DNA of 64,000 nucleotides. It comes from Macrostomum hystrix (taxonomy: Eukaryota; Animalia; Platyhelminthes). A program made the translations under genes and the position numbers. Location: positions 4,588,001-4,652,000 of the forward strand of contig CATNEN010000001.1 of the NCBI GenBank assembly GCA_950097015.1, read 5' to 3'. Position 1 is the first letter of the stretch, and each line of letters begins with the position of its first letter. Below the pieces are notes generated by a model. It worked only from the letters and a program-made list of their open reading frames with translations. It searched no databases and had not been told where the DNA came from. This document shows positions 37,842 to 49,800 of the stretch, piece after piece.

Positions 37842-40800
37842 TTAAACCGCCCCAGCAACCCGGCGATCCTGCTCGCCAATCTCGCACAAAGCTAGCACCC
37901 GTTCTGGCGTTAGCGGCATGTCGAAGCTGAGATGCCGCCTAGGCTTGCCCTGGGCCTCTCTAAAGGCTTCAACAGCCCGTTTGATGGCGGTGACGCACAG
38001 GGGAGCCAAACAGATTGGCGGCTCGCCGATGGCCTTAGTGCTCATGGCGCCAGCCGAGTTGGACGTGTTCTGCAGTTTTAGGGTCGGAAAAGTAGCGATT
38101 TAGAAAACATCTCGTTAACTGTTACTTTCAAATTCGTTGCTTCCTGCAGTTGCAATATTTGCTTCAGATACGGGTCAGATAGGGAACTAGATGAGATGAG
38201 ACACTGGAGAGTTGAGACACGGGAGAGTTGAGACACGGGAGAGATGAGACACGGGAGAGATGGGACATGGGAGAGATGAGACACGGGAGAGATGGGACAT
38301 GGGAGAGATGGGACATGGGAGAGATGAGACATGGGAGAGATGAGACACGGGAGAGATAACACACGGGAGAGATAACAGGCGGGAGAAATGTGACACGGGA
38401 GCGATTAGACACGGAGAGATAAGACATGAAAGAGATAAACCACAGGAGAGATGAGACACGTGAGAGGGATAAGAGATGGTAAATGGTATTTATATTTTTT
38501 AAGTTTTAACACGCAAAAGTAGCTGTATCGACCAAAATTAACTAATCAGATTAGATATATGCATTTCGCATTCTCACCTTCAAAATATGCACACGGAAAT
38601 CCCTTGGCGTGTCGGCGGCCTGCGGCACCTTGTAATCCCAGGTGCCATCCGTCAGGTTCCGTCCGGTATCGGTGTCGTAGACAGTTCTCTCCATCAGATA
38701 GTAGCCCATGCCCATGACGAAAGCGCCTTCAATCTGGCCGATGTCAACGCCCGGGTTGATGGACCTGCCAACGTCCATTGTGACGTCCGCTCGGCGGATC
38801 TGATAGACGCCGGTGAGGATGTCGACTTCGGCTTCAACGGCGCCAACTCCGGTGCTGCAGTAGCGACCGGCTTTGCGGCCAGCATTGTCCGCTGTGAACC
38901 TGCGGTTCAGAAATGAGGAGGATTTACACTGGTTCGCTATTGTCATTTGATGACAGGAGGATTTGAGTATCTGTAGAGGATTTGATGATCTGTAGAGGAT
39001 TTGAGTATCTGTAGAGGATTTGAGGATCTGTAGAGGATTTGAGTATCTGTAGAGGATTTGAGGATCTGTAGAGGATTTGAGAATCTGTAGAGGATTTGAT
39101 GATCTGTAGAGGATTTGATAATCTGTAGAGGATTTGAGTATCTGTAGAGAATTTGAGTATCTATAGAGGATTTGAGAATCTGTAGAGGATTTGAGTATCT
39201 GTAGAGGATTTGAGGATCTGTAGAGGATTTGATGATCTGTAGAGGATTTGATAATCTGTAGAGGATTTGAGTATCTGTAGAGGATTTGATAATCTGTAGA
39301 GGATTTGAGTATCTGTAGAGGATTTGAGAATCTGTGGTGGATTTGAGGATCTGTAGAGGATTTGAGGATCTGTAGAGGATTTGAGGATCTGTAGAGGATT
39401 TGAGGATCTGTAGAGGATTTGAGAATCTGTATAGGATTTGAGGATCTGTAGAGGATTTGAGGATCTGGAAATGATTTTGGGGATCTAAGGAGGATTTGAG
39501 GATCTGTGCGGATTTGAGGATATTGGGAGAATGGTGGATGATAAAGCTCAGAAGATTCTGATCTAATTTATTTACTTACGTTCCCATAGCAGCAAGGCTG
39601 ATGCCAGCGGCCACAGCTTTGCCAACCAGAACCGACCAATCATCATCAGGATTGGCGGCTCGGATGGCCTCCAGTCGTTGATTAATCTGTTCGGCTGCGT
39701 TGATAGCAGCCTGGCAGTTCCATTCGCTGGTTGAACTGCCGCCGGTGACGTCATTGTTAGGAGTCACGTGACTATCAGTTGGCTTCAGCTTGATTAGGGA
39801 CATCGGGATGTCAAGCGTAGCGGCTACAGCTTGAGCGCATTTGACGCCGAGGCCTTGGCCCATCTCGGCGCCGCTGTGTGACAGGGTCACGCTACCGTCG
39901 GAGCCTTGCACAGCCAGGAACACCTGAGAAGGCCTACCGCGTTGGTAGCCAATCTGGTAGGACACGGCAGTCATGTCCAGGCCTCGCTTGCGGAACGTGT
40001 TGTTCTGGAATGGGAGGAATGGGAGGCCAGGGGTTAGAGCGGAGGGTGAGAAGGGAGGAATGGGAGGCCAGGGGTTAGAGCGGAGGGTGAGAAGGGAGAA
40101 ATGAGAGGTTTGGGACAGATTGAAGGTATGCCTCTGAACCTTGTTGAACTCAGCAATGTCAGCCCGTCGCTTGTCAATCTCAGCAGCCTGGTGCAGTTCG
40201 TGCCACATTCGTTGAAAATTGTCGCCCTCCCGTTTGTTACCAAGGATGTCGAACTGAAATTAGAACGGTGAGAAAAAAATGCCTTATTCATAATGAAATG
40301 GTGCTTTCGAAGAACTGCTTATAAAATATTTTTTACCAGAAGTCCCTATTTCCAGAAGTCCCTATTTCCAGAAGTCCCTATTTCCAGAAGTCCCTATTTC
40401 CAAAAGTCCCTATTTCCAAAAGTCCCTATTTCCAGAAGTCCCTATTTCCAAAAGTCCCTATTTCCAAAAGTCCCTATTTCCAAAAGTCCCTATTTCCAGA
40501 AGTCCCTATTTCCAGAAGTTCCTATTTCCAGAAGTACTGTTTCTAGAAGTCCCCGTTTTACATAATTTACTATTTCCAGAAGTCCCTATTTTCAGAAGTC
40601 CCTATTACTAGAAGCCCCTCAGGAAGCCAATAAGGACACAAGTCCTTATAACTCAGAATTGAATGATTTTACAAATCCATGGATTTTAGAAATCGATATT
40701 CTAAGAAATCACACTCACATCCCCATCCTTGTAGAGATTGTTAAACTTGAACTGGATAGGATCGGCGCCAGCTTCGAAAGCCAGATGATCCAGAAACAGC

Positions 40801-43800
40801 AGGCTAGCCAGTGAGGACACGGCTGGGCCGGGTCCGCGGACAAAAGTGCTTTCCGGTTTGTCTGTGCGCATGTGCCGTATGCGTAGGGTATAATTGGGGC
40901 ACAGGTAGCCCATGTCCAAGGTGTGCTTCATCTCGTCAGCGATCATTGCCTGGGTTAGTAGAGTCGGATCAAAATAATAACTTCTAGATTAGGAATAAGC
41001 TCAGACAAAGCTTTTTGGAAGCTGGTAGTAGATTATTGATTGGAAGATAAGTACTCGATTGAGAAGACGATTAAGTACGTGATTGAGTAGATGTAGTTAA
41101 TGATGGAGTACACGAATATACTGACGTTTAAGTAGGTGATAGAATAGAAAATTCTTTACACAATTTCCTTGAGTAAGTTGAGTAGACATTTCATTTGGCG
41201 ATTTGAGTATTGATTGAGTCAGAATAAACAGATTCAAATCTATCCCGACAATAACTATTTCTCACCTGCATATTAACCGTATATCCAACATCGTTGTTGA
41301 TCTCCCAGCTGGCGGCTCGAAGTTTCCCATCGGCGCTGGCGGCCCCCCTGTAGCGCAGCAGCATGCCGGGTCGTTTCATAGCCAGCTGCATATTGGTGCT
41401 GAGGGTCAAGTACATGCGCACTGGCTGCTGAACCAAGTCGGCGGCGATAGCCGTGGCAGCGGCGATCAAGTCGGACATGATCATTTTGCCGCCGAATCCG
41501 CCGCCAATACGGGGAGTGATGATTCTCAGCTCGCTAGCTGGCCGTTTGAGAATTCGACGCAATGTCATAACTAGCTCGTCTATCCACTGATGCGGCACCG
41601 AAATTACCAGGCCCTCCTCGGTGGGTGTCACGCAGGCTGTAAGCGTCTCCATGCAGAAGTGCACCTGAAGGGATAATTGCGGATTATGTAACTTATGGGA
41701 TTTCCAATTTAGATTCTGGGATTGCAAATTGTGATTCTGGGATTTCAAATTGTGATTCTGGGATTTAAAATTAGATTCTGGGATTTCAAATTGTGATTCT
41801 GGGATTTTAAATTAGATTCTGGGATTTCAAATTGTGATTCTGGGATTTCAAATTGTGATTCTGGGATTTCAAATTGTGATTCTGGGATTTAAAATTAGAT
41901 TCTGGGATTTCAAATTGTGATTCTGGGATTTCAAATTGTGATTCTGGGATTTCAAATTGTGATTCTGGGATTTCAAATTGTGATTCTGGGATTTCAAATT
42001 GTGATTCTGGGATTTCAAATTGTGATTCTGGGATTTCAAATTGTGATTCTGGGATTTCAAATTGTGATTCTGGGTTTTTTAATTGTGATTCTGGGATTTC
42101 AAATTAGATTCTGGGATTTCAAATTGTGATTCTGGGATTTCAAATTGTCATTCTGGGATTTCAAATTGTGATTCTGGGATTTCAAATTGTGATTCTGGGA
42201 TTTCAAATTGTGATTCTTGGATTTTAAATTGTGATTCTGGGATTTTATAGGTATTCTAGAATTTCGAATTTCTGTTCTAGGTCTGGGATTTTAACTTCTG
42301 GGATATGAAATTGTGCTTCTTCGATTTTGGGATCTCATAATGGGATTTGAGGATCTGAAATGGGATTTTATGATAAAAAAACAAATAAATCAGCGTAGGA
42401 AGACAATCCTCACCTGCTCATTTATTACAATCTGACCCTCCACCTTGCAAGGCTGGGTCTCGAGTTCCTTTTCAACATCGTCCGAGCCGACCTTCTCTTC
42501 TGGCGGTTCCATCAGTATCGAAGATTTGGCTACTGCTTCGGCAACGCTTGTGATTGGCTCGCCAGTTTGGTCCAGTTCAACTGTGACCAGGCTGGCGGCC
42601 CTGTCCGCTGCTCGCTGGCTGCGGGCCAACACCATGGCAACCGGCTGGCCGGCGTAGCGAACCGCCGAGGTCACCAAGATCTCCTCCTTCTGACTGGAAT
42701 TTCAAAAAAAAGTTTTACATTGGACTGAAATAATATACTCCTATACTACTCGAAATACTACTTAAAGTACCCTTCGTATACTACTCCACGTACTAGTCGC
42801 ATACTACTCAAAGCTACTCTCGTATACTACTTAAAGTACTACTCGTATACTACTCAGAGTACTACTCACATACTACTCAAGGTACTAGACAAATACTACT
42901 CAAAGTACTAGTATACTACTCAAAGTACCACTCGTATACAACTTAAAGTACCACTCGTATACTACTCAAAGTACCCCTCGTATACTACTCAAAGTACAAC
43001 TCGTAAACTACTCAGAGTACTAGCTTAAAGAAAAGAGGGGTTGCGCCATAAGGCGTTGTGACCTAGTGGTTGGAGCGCCGTGAAGACTTGAAGGTCGGGG
43101 GTTCGATTCCCGACAACATTAGAACAGTTAGTGTCCTTTAGAAGAACTGAATCTTACGCAAATTGAGCCGGAATCAAAGCGGACACGTAGTTGTTGTCAT
43201 AGCGACCTTCGAGATCCTTGGCGGTGATTAGACGCTCAAAGCCTGGCACTTGCTGGAGAATGGTGGTGAGTGAGTGAATGAGTGCATGAGTGAGTGAGTG
43301 AATGAGTGAATGAGTGAGTGAATGAGTGAGTGAGTGAGTAAGTGAGTGAGTGAATGAATGAATGAGTTAGTGAATGAGTTAGTGAATGAGTGAGTGAGTG
43401 AGTGAGTAAGTGAGTGAGTGAGTGAGTGAGTGCGAGAGTCAGTGAGTGAGTGAGTGAGTGCGAGAGTCAGTGAGTGGGTGAGTGATTGAGTGAGTGAGTG
43501 AGTGAGTAATTGAGTGAGCGCGAGAGTCAGTGAGTGAGTGAGTGAGTGAGTGAGTGAGTGAGTGAGTGAGTGAGTGAGTGAGTGAGTGAGTGAGTGAGTG
43601 AGTGAGTGAGTGAGTGAGTGAGTGAGTGAGTGAGTAAGTGAGTGAGTGAGTGAGTGAGTGAGTGCGAGAGTCAGTGAGTGAGTGAGTGAGTGCGAGAGTC
43701 AGTGAGTGGGTGAGTGATTGAGTGAGTGAGTGAGTGAGTAATTGAGTGAGCGCGAGAGTCAGTGAGTGAGTGAGTGAGTGAGTGAGTGAGTGAGTGAGTG

Positions 43801-46800
43801 AGTGAGTGAGTGAGTGAGTGAGTGACTGAGTGAGTGAGTGAGTGAGTGAGTGAGTGAGTAAGTGAGTGAGTGAGTGAGTGAGTGAGTGCGAGAGTCAGTG
43901 AGTGAGTGAGTGAGTGCGAGAGTCAGTGAGTGGGTGAGTGAGTGAGTGAGTGAGTGAGTGAGTGAGTGAGTGAGTGAGTGAGTGAGTGACTGAGTGAGTG
44001 AGTGAGTGAGTGAGTGAGTAAGTGAGTGAGTGAGTGAGTGAGTGAGTGAGTGAGTGAGTGAGTGAGTGAGTGAGTGACTGAGTGAGTGAGTGAGTGAGTG
44101 AGTGAGTGAGTGAGTGAGTGAGTGTGTGAGTGAATGAGTGAGTGAGTGAGTAAGTGAGTGAGTGAATGAATGAATGAGTTAGTGAATGAGTTAGTGAATG
44201 AGTGAGTGAGTGAGTGAGTAAGTGAGTGAGTGAGTGAGTGAGTGAGTGAGTGAGTGCGAGAGTCAGTGAGTGGGTGAGTGAGTGAGTGAGTGAGTGAGTG
44301 ATTGGGTGAGTGCAATCACTCCACAGTACTCACCTCGGCCTCCTCGGTGCCGAACCCCTTCAGCGTGGCCGGAGCCTCCGGGGCCATAACAAAGGCGGCA
44401 AAGAGTTCGTTGCTACGCGACGGCGCATCGTTGACGTACTGAGCCTCGCCAGATGTTTGAGCCTTGGCCTCCGGCTTGGGCAAAGCGCGACCCAACGGAG
44501 CTGTAAAGGATTCCGGCTCTTCAAAGTCCTGCTCGGTGGACTGCACCCGACGTTCGAAGACTTCGGCTCCGCTGGCGTCGGCAGGAGGCAGCGCCGAGCT
44601 AGCTACGCCAAGGATGAACTTGTACAGCAGGTTGCTAGCCAGGGTGCGTCGGTGCTGCGGGCTCGACCAGGTGGCCTCTTCCGCCGGGTTCAGCTCCGAC
44701 TCCAGAACCTTCAGGGCGCCTGATTAGGGTGATTGAGTAGGCTGATTAAGTAGGGTGGTTGAGTAGGCTGATTGAGTAGGGTGGTTGAGTAGGGTGATTC
44801 AGTAGTGTGATTGCGAAGTGTGATTGAGTAGGCTGATTGAGTAGGCTGATTGAGTAGGGTGGTTGAGTAGGCTGATTGAGTAGGGTGGTTGAGTAGGGTG
44901 ATTCAGTAGTGTGATTGCGAAGTGTGATTGAGTAGGCTGATTGAGTAGGCTGATTGAGTAGAGTTATTGAGTAGGGTGATTGAGCAAGGTGATTGAGTAG
45001 GCTGATTGAGTAGGGTGATTGGGTAGGGTGATTGGGTAGGGTGATTCAGTAGTGTGATTGAGAAGTGTGATTGAGTAGGCTGATTGAGTAGAGTTATTGA
45101 GTAGGGTGATTGAGCAATGTGATTGAGTAGTGTGATTGAGAAGGCTGATTGAGAAGGCTGATTGAGTAGGCTGATTGAGTGGGGTGATTGAGTAGGCTGA
45201 TTGAGTAGAGTTATTGAGTAGGGTGATTGAGCAAGGTGATTGAGTAGTGTGATTGAGAAGGCTGATTAAGTAGGCTGATTGAGTAGGCTGATTGAGTGGG
45301 TGATTGAGTAGGCTGATTGAGTAGGCTGATTGAGTGGGGTGATTGAGTAGGCTGAGTGAGTAGGCTGATTGAGTGGGGTGATTGAGTAGGCTGATTGAGT
45401 AGGCTGATTGAATAGGCTGATTGAGTAGTGTGATAGAGAAGGATGATTGAGTAGTGTGATAGAGAAGGATGAGTGAGTAGGGTGATTGAGTAGGGTGATT
45501 GAGTAGAATGATTGAGTAGTGTGATAGAGAAGGATGATTGAGTAGTGTGGTAGAGAAGGATGAGTGAGTAGGGTGATTGAGTAGGATGATTGAGTAGTGT
45601 GATAGAGAAGGATGATTGAGTAGTGTGGTAGAGAAGGATGAGTGAGTAGGGTGAGTGAGTAGGGTGATTGAGTAGGGTGATTGAGTAGGATGATTGAGTA
45701 GGTGATTGTGTAGACAATTGAGCAGCTTGTTTAATGTGTTGAAGTTGACGATAGTGTAGTTGAACAATTTGCGATAAGAAAAAACCCACCATTGATAGTC
45801 TCTTGATCGATCAGGCTCTTATTTTGCAGATAGTTTTCAGTTTTGACAGCGTGATTCTGAAATCGATTTTGTGTAAACAATTTAAGGAGTTGATATTTTC
45901 AGTAATGTTTTGATTAAAAATCTAAAAAACTTACAAACTTGCCGGAGATACCGCCGTACACGATGCTGGGTCTCTCGGTGACGTTGTAGCCTCCACTGGC
46001 GGTGTCCACAGTGAAGTTGAAAGCAGCGTTCAAATATGCGTGGGCGTTCTGAGGGTTTGCGGCGCCAATTTTAGTTGAGACGTCGGGTTCATGAATTGGA
46101 CTGAGAATTGGGACTTCTAACATAGGATGGGGAATTTGGGATTTCTAACCATTGATTGGGAATTTGGGATTTCTGAACTTCGATTGGGAATTTGGGATTT
46201 CTGAACTTCGATTGGGAATTTAGGATTTCTGAACTTCGATTGGGAATTTGGGATTTCTGAACTTCGATTGGGAATTTAGGATTTCTGAACTTCGATTGGG
46301 AATTTAGGATTTCTGAACTTCGATTGGGAATTTGGGATTTCTAAACTTCGATTGGGAATTTGGGATTTCTGAACTTCGATTGGGAATTTAGGATTTCTGA
46401 ACTTCGATTGGGAATTTGGGATTTCTAAACTTCGATTGGGAATTTGGGATTTCTGAACTTCGATTGGGAATTTAGGATTTCTGAACTTCGATTGGGAATT
46501 TGGGATTTCTAAACTTCGATTGGGAATTTGGGATTTCTAAACTTCGATTGGGAATTTGGGATTTCTAAACTTCGATTGGGAATTTTGGATTTCTAAACTT
46601 CGATTAGGAATTTAGGATTTCTAAACTTCGATTAGGAATTTAGGATTTCTAAACTTCGATTGGGAATTTAGGATTTCTGAACTTCGATCGGGAATTTAGG
46701 ATTTCTGAACTTCGAATTGAATGAGGAATTAGGGATTTCTCAATTAGAATGGGGATTTGGGATTTCTAAGATTAGGATAGGAATTTTGGGATTTCTACGC

Positions 46801-49800
46801 TATAAGAATTAGAATCCCATGTCTAGAACTATTGGATTATAATTTTAGGATTAAAGTAATCGAACTGGGGATTCTTAAATGCCGCCAAATCCTCACCAGA
46901 GTCCTAGGCGTAATCTTGAACGAGTTGAAGTGCTGCAAATTAGCCGCCACTGGCAGCACAGCCGAAGTCACCAACCTGCCGCGCATATCCTGGCGAAGGA
47001 AGTCGGTCAACGTGTACTCAAGCACACTGCCATTAGTTGAATCTGTCACTTTAACAATAGCCCTGGAAGCTTCCATCAGTACAAACAGATCGGACGGAAA
47101 TTCCGGGTGGGCGTGCTTCAGCATCAGATTGCCGGCCCAGCAGGCGTTGCGTCTGACAGCCTGATTGGCCACCTGTTGCAGGTGGCGCGACAGCTGGCCT
47201 AGGTAGGCTAGGCCGCCGTCTTTGTTATTGTTGGCGATACGAGCGAACTCTGTTAGCAGATCGTGTAGGCTGAGATTGGCACCGATTTCAATGCCTTTGT
47301 CCGATTGCTGAGGACGAATTCGTTTGGGCAGATTGTTGAAGGATGCTTTGAAAACTGAGATTTTTAGAAGGAATCAGATTGGGAGAATGGTGAGGGGAGA
47401 ATGTTAATGGGAGAATGGTGAGGGGAGAATGATAAGGGGCGAATGATGAGGGGAGAATGGTGAGGGGAGAGGGGAGAATGATGAGGGGAGAATGGTGAGG
47501 GGAGAGTGGAGAATGATAAGGGGCGAATGATGAGGGGAGAATGGTGAGAGGAGAGGGGAGAATGATAAGGGGAGAATGGTGAAGGGAGAATGGTGAGGGG
47601 AGAGGGGAGAATGATAAGGGGCGAATGATGAGGGGAGAATGGTGAGAGGAGAGGGGAGAATGATAAGGGGAGAATGGTGAGAAGAGAGGGGAGAATGATA
47701 AGGGGAGAATGGTGAGGGGAGAATGGTGAGGGGAGAGGGGAGAATGATAAGGGGAGAATGATGAGGGGAGAATGGTGAGGGGAAAATGGCGAGGGGGGAA
47801 TGGTGAGTGGAGAATAGTGAGTGGAGAATGATAAAAGGAGAGGGGAGAATGATGAGGGGAGAATGATATAAGGAGAATGATCAGGGGAGACTGTTAAAAG
47901 GAGAATGATGAGGGGAGAATGATGAGGGGAGAATGATAAAGGAGAATGATGAGGGGACAATGATAAAAGGAGAATGATGAGGGGAGAATGATGAGGGGAG
48001 AATGGTGAGGGGAGAATGGTGAGGGGAGAGGGGAGAATGATAAGGGGAGAATGATGAGTGGAGAATAGTGAGTGGAGAATGATAAAAGGAGAGGGGAGAA
48101 TGATGAGGGGAGAATGATATAAGGAGAATGATCAGGGGAGACTGTTAAAAGGAGAATGATGAGGGGAGAATGATGAGGGGAGAATGATAAAGGAGAATGA
48201 TGAGGGGACAATGATAAAAGGAGAATGATGAGGGGAGAATGATGAGGGGAGAATGGTGAGGGGAGAATGGTGAGGGGAGAGGGGAGAATGATAAGGGGAG
48301 AATGATGAGTGGAGAATAGTGAGTGGAGAATGATAAAAGGAGAGGGGAGAATGATGAGGGGAGAATGATATAAGGAGAATGATCAGGGGAGACTGTTAAA
48401 AGGAGAATGATGAGGGGAGAATGATGAGGGGAGAATGATAAAGGAGAATGATGAGGGGACAATGATAAAAGGAGAATGATGAGGGGAGAATGATGAGGGG
48501 AGAATGGTGAGGGGAGAGTGGAGAATGATAAGGGGCGAATGATGAGGGGAGAATGGTGAGAGGAGAGGGGAGAATGATAAGGGGAGAATGGTGAGAGGAG
48601 AGGGGAGAATGATAAGGGGAGAATGGTGAGTGGAGAATAGTGAGTGGAGAATGGTGAGTGGAGAATGGTGAGTGGAGAATGGTGAGTGGAGAATGATGAG
48701 GGGAGAGGGGAGAATGATGAGGGGAGAATGATAAAAGGAGAGGGGAGAATGATGAGGGGAGAATGATAAAAGGAGAGGGGAGAATGATGAGGGGAGAATG
48801 GTGAGTGGAGAATGGTGAGTGGAGAATGGTGAGTGGAGAATGGTGAGTGGAGAATGATGAGGGGAGAATGATAAAAGGAGAGGGGAGAATGATGAGGGGA
48901 GAATGATAAAGGAGAATGATGAGGGGACAATGATAAAAGGAGAATGATGAGGGGAGAATGGTGAGGGGAGAGTGGAGAATGATAAGGGGCGAATGATGAG
49001 GGGAGAATGGTGAGAGGAGAGGGGAGAATGATAAGGGGAGAATGGTGAGAGGAGAGGGGAGAATGATAAGGGGAGAATGGTGAGGGGAAAATGGCGAGGG
49101 GGGAATGGTGAGTGGAGAATGGTGAGTGGAGAATAGTGAGTGGAGAATAGTGAGTGGAGAATGGTGAGTGGAGAATAGTGAGTGGAGAATAGTGAGTGGA
49201 GAATAGTGAGTGGAGAATGGTGAGTGGAGAATAGTGAGTGGAGAATAGTGAGTGGAGAATAGTGAGTGGAGAATGGTGAGTGGAGAATGGTGAGTGGAGA
49301 ATGGTGAGTGGAGAATAGTGAGTGGAGAATAGTGAGTGGAGAATGGTGAGTGGAGAATAGTGAGTGGAGAATAGTGAGTGGAGAATAGTGAGTGGAGAAT
49401 GGTGAGTGGAGAATGGTGAGTGGAGAATAGTGAGTGGAGAATAGTGAGTGGAGAATGGTGAGTGGAGAATAGTGAGTGGAGAATAGTGAGTGGAGAATAG
49501 TGAGTGGAGAATGGTGAGTGGAGAATGGTGAGTGGAGAATGGTGAGTGGAGAATGATGAGGGGAGAGGGGAGAATGATGAGGGGAGAATGATAAAAGGAG
49601 AGGGGAGAATGATGAGGGGAGAATGGTGAGTGGAGAATGGTGAGTGGAGAATGGTGAGTGGAGAATGGTGAGTGGAGAATGGTGAGTGGAGAATGGTGAG
49701 TGGAGAATGATGAGGGGAGAGGGGAGAATGATGAGGGGAGAATGATAAAAGGAGAGGGGAGAATGATGAGGGGAGAATGATAAAAGGAGAATGATAAGGG

